Below, piece after piece: positions 10,681 to 20,512 of a DNA stretch of 54,792 nucleotides. The position numbers and the translations under genes were made by a program. Origin of the DNA: Verrucomicrobiales bacterium (lineage in GTDB: Bacteria; Verrucomicrobiota; Verrucomicrobiia; Limisphaerales; UBA1100); the NCBI GenBank assembly GCA_038145765.1, contig JAYQQG010000006.1:1-54792 (forward strand), read 5' to 3'. The notes beneath the pieces were generated by a model, which did no database searches, had not been told where the DNA came from, and saw only the letters and a list, made by a program, of their open reading frames with translations. The first letter of the stretch is position 1. Every line of letters begins with the position of its first letter.

Positions 10681-12018
10681 CTATGGGGTGGCGATCTTCG
10701 CGCGTGTAACAGGATCTTTAGGCCGCAAATCAGCAAGGATAGTGTCGAGCAGATTAAGTTGGGCGATGGCGCGATTGCGTAAGGCCGCCTGAGCGGTAGG
10801 TTTGGTGCGGATTGTTTTATGGATTTTTCCGGAACGAACGCCGAGATAGGTTTCCAAAGTGGTGCGGTAATCCTGAATAAGACGGGCGGTCTCGGGAGTG
10901 GAATTGACCTGAAGAAAGGTGAGGCGCTGAAGGATGGGGCCCAGTTTAAGGGCGCGTTCCCTGGGGGATGGATCAGTTTGGAGATAGGCCTGTAGCGGGA
11001 GGCGTTTCTTGGATGGCTCTGTGTTAGAGGATTCGTTTGCCGGCTCAATTTCCACGTGGAGGCAGTCGGTCAAATGCGAAAGGACAACTTCCGGCCTCCA
11101 GCGGTTGAAGGCATCGCGGCTGCGGAATTGAAGCTGCGCGACCGACCACCATTGCTCGATTTGTAACATGCTTTGATGGCCGAATGCGGCGCCGAAGGCA
11201 TGAGTATTATTCTTGTGTTTGGGAAGTTCTCGGAGAAACAGCTGCAGACGCTCCGGCCCCTTGGGCAATCGGAGCAGTTTATAAACGAGCAAATGAGCGT
11301 GGGCGCGATAGGCGGCATCATCGGGCGACAACTTAATCCGAGCCGGGGGGAGAGTGAGGTTCAGATAGGAAATGGGCTTGGATTGCTGGAGGAGTTCACG
11401 ACTGGCGTGGAGTGGATCCTGTGGGTGGTGGAAATTCACCCCGCCAATGGCTTGGGGCGCAAACGGAGTGAAAAGGACAGGGCCCTTGGCTTGAAGGATG
11501 AGCTCGGTGCTGCCGGGGGTTAGCCACAATGGAAGGGAGGGATCCGTTTGAGAGTAGCGGCCGGCAAATTCCGTAAGCAACAAATTGAGGATGAGCTCCG
11601 TGAGCGCACGGCCATGGATGAGGTGTGGAACTGAGGCCCGGTAATCCCATGAACCGGTCGCATTCGGGATACGCCCAAAACGAGGACGATCCCCTAGTTT
11701 GCCGAGGATGATTTGCATATGGATCTGTCCCTGCCATCGGGTGGTGATTTGGTAATGCTGCACCCATTGATTGCGAATGGATTCTGCGAATTGCGCCAGC
11801 CCGGCCGGGTGCAGCTGAATCCGGTCGGGGATGGCCTTGACCTTATTGGCGGAGGGAACAAACGGCGCATCTACGAGAGAGCTGATGACAAATTGCCGCG
11901 ATCGGCTCGTGAGGGTTTGCCCGGGGCGCAGTCGTTGCGCGTGGCCCCAGTCCCAGCCGCACAGCAACATCAACACCGCCAAACAGCGTGCGAAGCGGCT
12001 ATTGAGGCAGAGGGTCAT
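10681..12018 (-). CDS. Exported hypothetical protein, possibly a degenerate zincin/peptidase-MA-like fold
   Basis: N-terminal signal peptide; PLWLxxG motif but no HExxH; ATGA overlap with the upstream gene. Confidence 0.7.
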   Translation of the reverse strand: MTLCLNSRFARCLAVLMLLCGWDWGHAQRLRPGQTLTSRSRQFVISSLVDAPFVPSANKVKAIPDRIQLHPAGLAQFAESIRNQWVQHYQITTRWQGQIHMQIILGKLGDRPRFGRIPNATGSWDYRASVPHLIHGRALTELILNLLLTEFAGRYSQTDPSLPLWLTPGSTELILQAKGPVLFTPFAPQAIGGVNFHHPQDPLHASRELLQQSKPISYLNLTLPPARIKLSPDDAAYRAHAHLLVYKLLRLPKGPERLQLFLRELPKHKNNTHAFGAAFGHQSMLQIEQWWSVAQLQFRSRDAFNRWRPEVVLSHLTDCLHVEIEPANESSNTEPSKKRLPLQAYLQTDPSPRERALKLGPILQRLTFLQVNSTPETARLIQDYRTTLETYLGVRSGKIHKTIRTKPTAQAALRNRAIAQLNLLDTILADLRPKDPVTRAKIATP

Positions 12019-12335
12019 GACTTTTTAGGTTTGCTGTTTGAACTCTTGGGGCTGCTCTTTTTGGAGTCGGAGTTTTTGGTATCCGTTTTTTTCTCGGTGG
12101 CCTTTTTGGCCGCTTCGCTGGCTTTTTTCTCACCGCTCTTGTAATTCTCGCTGCGGTAATCCGTTTCATAAAAGCCGCCGCCTTTGAAAATAATACCACC
12201 GCCAGTGCCCAGCAAGCGGGTGACCTTACCTTTGCAACCTTCTTCAGTGCATCGCGTCAGTTTTGGTGCCTTGATAGATTGAAAATGCTCAAAAATTGCG
12301 CCGCATTGGGCACACTCGTACTCATAAGTTGGCAT
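12015..12335 (-). CDS. FmdB-family zinc-ribbon protein
   Basis: MPTYEYECAQCG...C.x4.C...FKGGGFYETDY plus Lys/Ser-rich tail. Confidence 0.92.
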   Translation of the reverse strand: MPTYEYECAQCGAIFEHFQSIKAPKLTRCTEEGCKGKVTRLLGTGGGIIFKGGGFYETDYRSENYKSGEKKASEAAKKATEKKTDTKNSDSKKSSPKSSNSKPKKS

Positions 12336-12474
12336 GAACGAAAATCCCCTCTCTCTTGAGCTTTTTTCTAGGTGAAAACTGTGTGCGGGTCAAGGCGTTG
12401 CTGGCTTGCAATTCACAGGTTATTCACATAGGTTGTGGGTGAACCCACATTCGCCTTCGGGCGAACGATACACT

Positions 12475-12750
12475 ATGGCTATGAATCGGCAAAAGGTATT
12501 GGATCAATATTTCATGGATGCGCGGCACAAGCTGATTGATATTGCAGCGTTTCTGGACCGCGTGGAACGGGCGGAAGGCGAGGCGGATTTCCGATTGGAT
12601 GCCTTTCGCGATGCCGTGAAGCGACTGGAGGATCACGGTGAAGATCGTGCCCATGATGTGCTGATGGCATTTAGCGATCCGACTGAGGAACCCATCGCAG
12701 TTGCTCCCGGCAAGGGAGCATGTGGTGCTTGGCCCGGTGAGGGTGAGTAA
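12475..12750 (+). CDS. Small hypothetical protein preceding eboB
   Basis: 91-aa ORF (FMDARHKLIDIAAFLDR...FSDP..EP...GACGAW) 13 nt before the TatD-like gene. Confidence 0.8.
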   Translation: MAMNRQKVLDQYFMDARHKLIDIAAFLDRVERAEGEADFRLDAFRDAVKRLEDHGEDRAHDVLMAFSDPTEEPIAVAPGKGACGAWPGEGE

Positions 12751-12763
12751 GGTATAGCACGGC

Positions 12764-13564
12764 ATGCGCTTCATTGAGCCTCATGCTCATATGGTCAGTC
12801 GCACGACTGACGATTACGCCGACATGGCCACAGCCGGTTGTGTGGCCCTTTGCGAGCCGGCTTTCTGGGCCGGCTTTGACCGCGGGAGTGCGGATGGCTT
12901 TCGCGATTACTTTCGGCAACTCACCGAGTACGAACCCCGCCGGGCGGCCAATTATGGCATCAAACATTTTACCTGGCTGTGCATCAACCCAAAGGAATCG
13001 GAGGACATGGCGCTGGCGGCGGATGTGCTCGATGTGATCCCGGAATTCATGGATTGCCCCAACGTATTGGGCATTGGCGAGATTGGCCTGAACAAAAACA
13101 GCCGCAACGAAATCAAGGTGCTTGAGCAGCACGTGGACTTGGCGGCTTCGCATGATCAACTCATCCTCGTGCACACTCCGCACTTGGAGGACAAGCACAA
13201 GGGCACGCGGTTGATTTTGGATGTGCTTAAGAACGACAGCCGCATCAATCCCGAGCGCGTGATGATTGATCACGTGGAGGAGCACACCATCGGCATGGTG
13301 CTGGACGCCGGCCATTGGGGCGGCATGACGTTGTATCCGGAGAGCAAATGTTCCCCGGCCCGCGCGATTGACATGATAGAACGGTTCGGCAGCGATCGAC
13401 TTTGGTGGGACGCCGCCTGTGACTGGGGTCCCAGCGTGCCCTTAGCCGTGCCGCGGACCGCCTGCGAAATGCGCCGGCGCGGGCATGAGGAATCGCTTAT
13501 TGAGAAAGTGATCTTCGAGAATCCCAAAACATTTCTTAGTCAAAGCGAGCGGTTCCAGCTCTAG
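12764..13564 (+). CDS. eboB: TatD-family metallohydrolase, EboB type
   Basis: PHAHM, EPAFW, NPKE, IGEIG, VHTPH..DK, DHVEE, DWG; ebo context. Confidence 0.85.
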   Translation: MRFIEPHAHMVSRTTDDYADMATAGCVALCEPAFWAGFDRGSADGFRDYFRQLTEYEPRRAANYGIKHFTWLCINPKESEDMALAADVLDVIPEFMDCPNVLGIGEIGLNKNSRNEIKVLEQHVDLAASHDQLILVHTPHLEDKHKGTRLILDVLKNDSRINPERVMIDHVEEHTIGMVLDAGHWGGMTLYPESKCSPARAIDMIERFGSDRLWWDAACDWGPSVPLAVPRTACEMRRRGHEESLIEKVIFENPKTFLSQSERFQL

Positions 13565-13679
13565 CATCCAATTCGATATCCGGCATTCCGCACAGACGGG
13601 ATAATTTATGACTGCATATTGCGAATGTCCGCATGCGTGATATGTTGTGTTAGATCGTAACGGTCGTTGAGGAACTCGC

Positions 13680-14270
13680 ATGAGGTATCAATTCGTTCTG
13701 ATCACGTTGGCTCTCTGCCTGCAGGTTGCGCTGCTCTGGACTCTTGGCATGCGCATTGACTCGGACACGGGGGCTGTCGCTATTCAACCGGAGAAAGTCT
13801 TGTCTCCGAAACCCTCGCCGCAATCGTCTCCGGCCAAGATCAATGTGCCTAAGCCGGCGCCGGCACCCTTGCGGGCTCAGATTAAGACCGAGCCGCCGGC
13901 ACGCATGATTCAGCAACTGTTTTTTGCAAACAACCGAGACCATCAAGTGATAGAGCAGGCAATTCGTGATCAATTGGAGTATGTTACGGGCAGCCGCCCC
14001 ATCGCGCCGTTGACCGATCAGATGGTGCGCAATCTCACCTATCTCGATCTTAAAGGGAAAGGGCTTTCCGATATTCGCCCGCTGGCGACATTGCAATCAT
14101 TACAGCAGGTGGATCTGGAACGAAACCGGGTCACCGATCTTCGTCCATTGGAACGATTACCAATGCTCAACGCAGTTTACTTGCGGAATAATGCCGGGCT
14201 GACGATGGAGGAGTTGCGCCGGGCGGGCAGCGTTATGCGGCAGTGCATCTTTGTGCAAAATCTCAAGTGA
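13680..14270 (+). CDS. Membrane-anchored leucine-rich-repeat protein
   Basis: N-terminal hydrophobic segment, Pro-rich linker, three LxxLxL repeats (LTYLDLKGKGLSDIRPL, LQQVDLERNRVTDLRPL). Confidence 0.8.
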   Translation: MRYQFVLITLALCLQVALLWTLGMRIDSDTGAVAIQPEKVLSPKPSPQSSPAKINVPKPAPAPLRAQIKTEPPARMIQQLFFANNRDHQVIEQAIRDQLEYVTGSRPIAPLTDQMVRNLTYLDLKGKGLSDIRPLATLQSLQQVDLERNRVTDLRPLERLPMLNAVYLRNNAGLTMEELRRAGSVMRQCIFVQNLK

Positions 14271-14319
14271 ATGTTTCTTCATTGCCGCCTGCAGTCTCTC
14301 GTGTATTTAATCCCGCGCC

Positions 14320-15474
14320 ATGGAATTGAAGCACGGTCTGCATCTGGCATATTGCACGAATATTCATCGTGGCGAAGATTGGGCGCAGACGTTTGAGGCC
14401 TTGAAATCGGACGTGATGGCCGTGCGCGATCGGGTGAGCCTAGGCCGTGCGTATGCGATCGGTCTGCGATTAAGCGACGTCGCTGCGCGTGAGCTGTCGG
14501 AACCCCGCACATTGGCTGAGTTTCAACAATGGTTAACAGACGAAAACTGCTATGTCTTTACCATTAATGGATTTCCTTATGGCAATTTTCATGGTTCACG
14601 TGTCAAAGAGCAGGTGTACCGTCCGGATTGGACTTCAGAGGAACGAGTGCGTTACACCAATCTTTTAGTTGATCTGATCGCAGCCTTGGTGCCGGATGGG
14701 GTGGAGGGCAGCGTGAGCACCTTGCCCGGTTCGTTTAAAGAATTCATCACCGACGAAAGCCAGGAGCGGGTGATCCGGGAAAATCTTTGGCGATGCGCTG
14801 AACATATTGCTGAGCTCAGCGATCGAACGGGCAAGGCGCTCCACTTGGGGCTGGAGCCGGAGCCGCTGGGCTACTTTGAAACCAGCGCTGAGACGATTCA
14901 TTTTTTTGAATCCCTGCGGTCGGAACATCCGAATGATCCCAAACTATCGGACCATTTGGGCGTAAATTATGACACCTGTCATCTGGCAGTTGAATACGAG
15001 GAACCCGAGGCTGCGCTGGGGGCATTGCGGGAGGCGGGGATTCGGATCAGTAAACTTCACTTGAGCGCGGCCTTGATTGTGCCGCCGAATCAAGCGGTGC
15101 GAGATAAGTTGAAGCCGTTCGAAGAGGATGTGTACCTTCATCAAGTCGTGGAACGATTGCCGGATGGTCGTTTGAACCGACACCGGGACTTGGGCGATGC
15201 CTTGGCGGCCGATCACGAAGCGGATGAGTGGCGGATCCATTTTCATATCCCGCTCCACAGTCCGGACGGTGAATGGTTCTCCAGTACGCGAGGACATATC
15301 GAAGGCGTAATGGCGGAGCTGCAACGCGATCCGTCCTGGTGTACGCATTTGGAGATGGAGACATACACTTGGGAGGTGTTGCCGGTGGAAATGAAAAATC
15401 GCAATGTGGTGGACCAGTTGGTGGGGGAATACGAATGGACTCTCAAACAGCTACAGACACACCAACTCGCATGA
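14320..15474 (+). CDS. eboE: Metabolite traffic protein EboE (TIM barrel)
   Basis: YCTNIH, TINGFPYGNFH...VKEQVY.PDW, LEPEP, YDTCH, YLHQV, WRIHFHIP, EMETYTW. Confidence 0.92.
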   Translation: MELKHGLHLAYCTNIHRGEDWAQTFEALKSDVMAVRDRVSLGRAYAIGLRLSDVAARELSEPRTLAEFQQWLTDENCYVFTINGFPYGNFHGSRVKEQVYRPDWTSEERVRYTNLLVDLIAALVPDGVEGSVSTLPGSFKEFITDESQERVIRENLWRCAEHIAELSDRTGKALHLGLEPEPLGYFETSAETIHFFESLRSEHPNDPKLSDHLGVNYDTCHLAVEYEEPEAALGALREAGIRISKLHLSAALIVPPNQAVRDKLKPFEEDVYLHQVVERLPDGRLNRHRDLGDALAADHEADEWRIHFHIPLHSPDGEWFSSTRGHIEGVMAELQRDPSWCTHLEMETYTWEVLPVEMKNRNVVDQLVGEYEWTLKQLQTHQLA

Positions 15475-16385
15475 GCTTCGGGCGAGCTTTGCTGATGCTG
15501 GGGCGGGTAAGCAACCTCCCCACCATCTGGAGCAATTGCATATGCGGATGGCTAATCGGCGTGGGTTATGCCGGGTATTCCGGGATTGAGCCGATAGATT
15601 GGATGATGGTCCTCTGGGTTTGTTTTGGAGCCACCGCCTTTTATCTGGGAGGGATGTTTTTGAATGACGCTTGTGATGTGGCGTTTGACCGCGAGTTCCG
15701 CAAGGAACGCCCCATTCCATCCGGGGCCATGAGCGAGGGTGCTGTGTGGAAGATTGGCATTGGCCTGCTGGCCGTGGGGATGGGGGTGTTTTCCATACAA
15801 GGAGGCACGACGGCCCTCTTGGCACTGGGCCTGTTCAACTGCATTTTGGTTTATAATTTTACCCACAAAAAACTAAAATGGTCGCCATTGTTAATCGCTA
15901 TATGCCGTTGGTTGCTGATTCTCTTGGTGGCATCGTTCGCGATTGTGACCACCAAACCGGAGGTAAGTTTTTTTAGCGATCACAACAGTGGTTTGGCGGC
16001 ATGGACCGCTTTGGTATTGTGCCTCTATGTGGTGGGGCTCAGTTGTCTGGCGAAGGTGGAGAGTGAGCCCGGGCTGGTGCGGTTTTGGCCCTGCTTACTG
16101 CTGGGTGCGCCGTTGGCTCTGGCGTTGTTTGTGAATCCGGATGGAGACTACCGCAAGGACGCCTTGTTGGTGAGTGCGATTTTGGGGCTGTGGGTCATGC
16201 GCTGTTTGCGACACACGTTTTGGGCGGAACAGCGGGACATCAGCAAAACGGTGGGAGGCTTGTTGGCGGGGATTGTGTTGGTGGATTTATTGGCGGTGCC
16301 GCACGTGCCCACGGAAGTGGCAGCGGTATTTTTTGGCCTGTTTCTGCTGGCGTTGGTGGCTCAACGCTGGGTGCCGGCGACATAA
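15471..16385 (+). CDS. eboC: UbiA-family prenyltransferase, EboC-like
   Basis: RVSNLPT, NDACD...D...ERPIPSG, YN..HK, multiple TM helices; ATGA overlap with eboE. Confidence 0.85.
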   Translation: MSFGRALLMLGRVSNLPTIWSNCICGWLIGVGYAGYSGIEPIDWMMVLWVCFGATAFYLGGMFLNDACDVAFDREFRKERPIPSGAMSEGAVWKIGIGLLAVGMGVFSIQGGTTALLALGLFNCILVYNFTHKKLKWSPLLIAICRWLLILLVASFAIVTTKPEVSFFSDHNSGLAAWTALVLCLYVVGLSCLAKVESEPGLVRFWPCLLLGAPLALALFVNPDGDYRKDALLVSAILGLWVMRCLRHTFWAEQRDISKTVGGLLAGIVLVDLLAVPHVPTEVAAVFFGLFLLALVAQRWVPAT

Positions 16386-16415
16386 AATAACCGGGAACGG
16401 TTGCCCGTTCCCGGT
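16384..16415 (-). terminator. Intrinsic terminator between convergent genes
   Basis: ACCGGGAACGG-TTGC-CCGTTCCCGGT perfect 11-bp stem; the adjacent A-tract gives a U-tract on the minus strand. Confidence 0.7.
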
Positions 16416-16435
16416 CATGAATGTTGGGTTAGCTT

Positions 16436-17323
16436 CTAGGAGTGAAGCGTGCGCCCTTTGAAGGTGAGTTCGGCCACACCGGATTTATCCAGCTCGCCTA
16501 AGCCAAGTTCCTTCATTTTTTCGTACTGCTTCCAAGTCGCCTTGGCCAAGGGGAGCTTGAGCCCTTCTCCATCAGCGAGCTTAAGTGCAATGCCGCTGTC
16601 TTTGGCGGCGTGGTCGGCGCTGAAATAGCAATCGTGATCTTTGATGACCATATCTTCGCCATCGGTCTCCAGCACGCGGCTATTGGCGCCGGTTTGGCTG
16701 AAGACTTCGCGGACGGTGCTGAGATCGAGTCCCATCGCATCGGCTAAGCCGAGGCCCTCAGCGAGGCCGGCGGTGTTAATGTTCATGACCATGTTCACCA
16801 AGGCTTTGAGTTTGGCCGCGCTGCCGGTGTCTCCAATGTATTTGTTGGTGACGGAGAGCGCATCCAGAATGGGCTTGGCGCGGTCGAATGCTTCCTGTTT
16901 GCCGCCGCACATCAAGTACAGTGTGCCTTCGCGGGCTTGCGTGATAGAACTGGCCATACAGGCTTCGAGGGTTTGGGCATCATGCTGGCCGGCCCATTCC
17001 TCCACTTTGGCGTGAGTGGCGGGGGAAACCGTGGCGCAGTTGATGAACAGCTTGCCGTGGGCCCGGGCCAATAAAGAGCCGGTGCCGTGGAAGATGCCTT
17101 TCATGGCCTTATCGTCGGTGACGACAGTGATGATCACGTCGGCATTTTTGGTGACGTGCGATAGTTTCTCGTAGTAGGTCGAGCCGAGTTCGTCCGCCAA
17201 GGATTGGGCGGCTTCGGCATTGACATCCGAGATGGCGGTAATGGTGAAGTGTTGGTCGTTTAACCGGCGGGCCATGTTAGCGCCCATGCGGCCCACTCCG
17301 ACGATTCCGATTCGTTCAGACAT
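16436..17323 (-). CDS. 3-hydroxyisobutyrate dehydrogenase-family NAD(P)-dependent oxidoreductase
   Basis: GIVGVGRMGANMA Rossmann motif, catalytic K in KLKALVN, KDSGIA. Confidence 0.9.
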   Translation of the reverse strand: MSERIGIVGVGRMGANMARRLNDQHFTITAISDVNAEAAQSLADELGSTYYEKLSHVTKNADVIITVVTDDKAMKGIFHGTGSLLARAHGKLFINCATVSPATHAKVEEWAGQHDAQTLEACMASSITQAREGTLYLMCGGKQEAFDRAKPILDALSVTNKYIGDTGSAAKLKALVNMVMNINTAGLAEGLGLADAMGLDLSTVREVFSQTGANSRVLETDGEDMVIKDHDCYFSADHAAKDSGIALKLADGEGLKLPLAKATWKQYEKMKELGLGELDKSGVAELTFKGRTLHS

Positions 17324-17399
17324 GGTTCGTTATAGGAGGATACAGTTGTGGTCTGTTATTTGCGTAAAAGACGCAAGTTAGGTTGGTTGAAAATAGACC

Positions 17400-18245
17400 C
17401 TAAAGGGCAATTGAAGGTGTGGCAACGGTTTTCTCGTGGGTATTTGCCACTTTTTTGTTTGAAATGCGTAAAGTAGGCGATGGTTCACTGGGGGAGGTGA
17501 CTTCCACTTGAACAAAGGGTGCGCCGAGTTGGCCGAGTTGATTGCTGATTTCGGAATGTGCCAGCTCAGGCGTGTTGCATTCGCGGCTGAGGTGAGCACA
17601 GTAAATTTGCTGGAGATTGGCATGGACGAGTTGTTCGAGGAAATGCCCAGCTCCTTCATTGGAGAGGTGCCCATGACGGCTGAGAATGCGTTGTTTGAGG
17701 CTCCAGGGGCGACGTGGATCGTTGTTCAGTAAATCTACATCGTGGTTGGTTTCCAGCAACAACACTTCAACATCGCGCACGCGGTCGGCAACCAGACGGG
17801 TGCCGTGACCCATATCAGTCAGAAACCCAATCCGCCCTTCGGGGGTGTGTAAGACGAACCCCATCGGGTCAATGGCATCATGGGGGATAGGGAAGGTGTC
17901 GACATTAAGGTCACCCATCTCAAAGGATTGGCCAGTTTCAACGAGACGAAAATCGAATGCCGTATCATGGATGCGGCGGATTTCATCGGCCGTATGGCGG
18001 TTGCAATACACTGGAATGCCGAGCTTGGCCGCAAGTACTTTGAGGCCGCTGATGTGGTCGGAATGTTCGTGTGTGATGAGAATGCCATCCAGTCGTTCTG
18101 GGGTGCGTTCGAGGTTTAACAGGGATTCCCGGATACGCTTGGCACTGATGCCGCAATCGATCAACACCCGGCAGCCAGCCGTTTCCAAATAGGCGGCATT
18201 CCCGCTGGATCCACTTGCCAAAACGGTGAACTGAACGTCCTCCAC
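17400..18245 (-). CDS. MBL-fold metallohydrolase (YycJ/WalJ-like)
   Basis: LASGSSGN, IDCG, THEHSDH, PHDA, LETNHD, GHLSN, AHLS. Confidence 0.92.
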   Translation of the reverse strand: MEDVQFTVLASGSSGNAAYLETAGCRVLIDCGISAKRIRESLLNLERTPERLDGILITHEHSDHISGLKVLAAKLGIPVYCNRHTADEIRRIHDTAFDFRLVETGQSFEMGDLNVDTFPIPHDAIDPMGFVLHTPEGRIGFLTDMGHGTRLVADRVRDVEVLLLETNHDVDLLNNDPRRPWSLKQRILSRHGHLSNEGAGHFLEQLVHANLQQIYCAHLSRECNTPELAHSEISNQLGQLGAPFVQVEVTSPSEPSPTLRISNKKVANTHEKTVATPSIAL

Positions 18246-18350
18246 GGGCTGATAGTACCGGGTACCCGGGGTAGGCTCAAAGTCATATCATTCACATTGT
18301 GCATTACCGAAATTGCAGTAACTTGATGGGAAGCAAATTCGTGGGCTGCA

Positions 18351-18366
18351 AGCAGCTTGCGTGCCA
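18351..18366 (-). promoter_or_regulatory. Putative sigma54 -24/-12 site upstream of rpoN (opposite strand)
   Basis: Minus strand TGGCACGCAAGCTGCT = GG-N10-GC; abuts TTGAGC-N17-TATGGT (18367-18395), the likely rpoN promoter. Confidence 0.55.
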
Positions 18367-18419
18367 TTGAGCTTGATGTTTGACGTGTTTATGGTTTAAA
18401 GAAAGGCAGCCGCCCGACC

Positions 18420-19937
18420 ATGGCTTTTGAACCCCGAATGCATCTCGGACAGAAACTGGCGCAAGTCCAGGTAATGTCCCCGCAAATGCAGCAATCGCTG
18501 GCATTTTTGCAGGCGCCCATGCTGGATTTACAAGGCATGGTGAACAAGGAATTGCAGGAAAACCCAGTGCTGGAAGAGGTGCCGATCGAAGAGCAAAAGT
18601 CGACGGACTCCGATGGTGGAGGAGAATTGATCGGGGCTCCTGATCAAAACGAGGCCGCTGAACCGCCCAGCGACACGAAGGTGGATCCCACTGATGAATC
18701 GAATTCGGAACCGATTGATGATTTTCAGGCGGAGATGGAGCGGTTAGCCGAACTCAACGAAGAATGGCGCGATCATTTTGATACCGCCCAAACCGCCCCT
18801 ATTGCCGTAGCCTCCAGCGCCGAAGATATTGAGCGACGCGAGTTTGTTTTCGAATCACTGACGGCATTGGGCACGTTGTCAGAGCATTTGCTGGAACAGG
18901 CGCACATGAGCGATCTGGACCCGCAGGAAATGGAGGTGGCTGAAGTCATTATTGGCAATATTGATGAACACGGCTTTCTTCAAACGACCATCGCTGAGCT
19001 CGTGGAAGCGGCCAACTCAGATCAGGATACCGTGGAGGAAGTGCTCTCGGTTATCCGCTCCTTTGAGCCGGCCGGCGTGGCGGCAGGTGACTTGCGCGAA
19101 TGTTTGTTGCTGCAGTTGGAACGATTGGGGCAGTTGGAATCGCTCGAGTATCAAGTGGTGGAACATCACATGGAAGCCTTGGGGCGACGGCGTTTTCCGG
19201 AGATTGCACGGGCCTTGGGCGTGGGGATTGATACAGTACAGGAATTGGCAAAACACATCGGGCACCTGAACCCAAGGCCGGGCAGTGCCTTTGAGGAAAC
19301 GCCCGATCAATATGTTGTGCCCGAGGTGTTTGTGAGCTGGAAAGACGATCATTGGGAGGTGACTTCCAACCGCGAGGAAATGCCGCAGTTACGCATCAGC
19401 AATACCTACAAAGACTTGATGACGCAGGCGCGTGATTCCAAGGATGTGCGCGAATACATCCGAGGCAAGATCCGGGACGGAAATTTTCTGATAAAAAGCA
19501 TTCATCAACGGCAGGATACAATTCTGAAAATTGCTAAGGAAATTGTTGTGCGCCAATCAGAGTACCTTGAGCATGGGGTGAGTCACCTCAAGCCGATGAC
19601 CATGTCGGAAGTGGCTGAAAAGGTGGAAGTGCACGAAACCACGGTGAGTCGCGCGGTGTCCGGCAAGTACATGAAAACGCCGCAGGGGTTGATCGAGATG
19701 CGCTACTTTTTCACCGGCGCCATCCAAAGCGCGGACGGGGGGGAAAGCATGAGCAATACCAGCGTGAAACAAATGGTCAAAGAACTGGTGGATGGCGAAG
19801 ACAAAGCCAAGCCGCTATCCGACGAGGCCATTGTTAAACTGATGGGGGAAAAGAAAGTGAAGATCGCCCGTCGGACGGTGGCCAAGTATCGTGGCGAGCT
19901 CGGCATCCTATCCTCGAGCATGCGTCGGGTTTATTGA
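18420..19937 (+). CDS. rpoN: RNA polymerase sigma-54 factor
   Basis: Gln/Leu-rich region I, ENPVLE, HETTVSRAV HTH, RpoN box IARRTVAKYR. Confidence 0.98.
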   Translation: MAFEPRMHLGQKLAQVQVMSPQMQQSLAFLQAPMLDLQGMVNKELQENPVLEEVPIEEQKSTDSDGGGELIGAPDQNEAAEPPSDTKVDPTDESNSEPIDDFQAEMERLAELNEEWRDHFDTAQTAPIAVASSAEDIERREFVFESLTALGTLSEHLLEQAHMSDLDPQEMEVAEVIIGNIDEHGFLQTTIAELVEAANSDQDTVEEVLSVIRSFEPAGVAAGDLRECLLLQLERLGQLESLEYQVVEHHMEALGRRRFPEIARALGVGIDTVQELAKHIGHLNPRPGSAFEETPDQYVVPEVFVSWKDDHWEVTSNREEMPQLRISNTYKDLMTQARDSKDVREYIRGKIRDGNFLIKSIHQRQDTILKIAKEIVVRQSEYLEHGVSHLKPMTMSEVAEKVEVHETTVSRAVSGKYMKTPQGLIEMRYFFTGAIQSADGGESMSNTSVKQMVKELVDGEDKAKPLSDEAIVKLMGEKKVKIARRTVAKYRGELGILSSSMRRVY

Positions 19938-20509
19938 TCATCGGCTTCCGCGAGGTCGGCCTTGGTAGCCTTCTGCAGTGCATCCAGTTCCTCGCGTAAA
20001 TCCGCCTTTGTCTCGCGATCCATCCGGTCAGTAAACAGGATGCCGTGCAGGTGATCCGTTTCATGCTGCACGCAACGCGCCAGTAAGCCGCCGCAGACAA
20101 ATTCAATCGGCTCGTTCCGCTCGTTCCGTGCCTTGACGCGGATTGTTTCGGGGCGTGAAACATCCCCGTAAATCTCGGGAAAGCTCAGGCAGCCTTCCGG
20201 TCCGCTTACTTCGGGGGTCAATGGCTCAATTTCAGGGTTCAAGAGCACCAGCGGCATAATCGAATGGGGGTCGGCTTCTTTGCCTTCCAATTCTAAAGTG
20301 GAAGGCCGGTCCTTGACCGACCGAATATCGATAACGGTCAACTGGATGGCCCGGCCGACTTGTTGCGAGGCGAGCCCGATGCCGCGGTGTTCCTCCATTG
20401 TATCGAACATATCCTCAATGAACTGCTCCAGTTCCGGCGTGATTTCGGAAACCGAATCGCCCTTTTGTCGCAACACCGGGTTGCCAAAATATGTCAGTGG
20501 AAGGACCAT
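19931..20509 (-). CDS. def: Peptide deformylase
   Basis: GIGLASQQVG, EGCLS, QHETDHLHG. Confidence 0.97.
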   Translation of the reverse strand: MVLPLTYFGNPVLRQKGDSVSEITPELEQFIEDMFDTMEEHRGIGLASQQVGRAIQLTVIDIRSVKDRPSTLELEGKEADPHSIMPLVLLNPEIEPLTPEVSGPEGCLSFPEIYGDVSRPETIRVKARNERNEPIEFVCGGLLARCVQHETDHLHGILFTDRMDRETKADLREELDALQKATKADLAEADDQ

Positions 20510-20512
20510 GCG

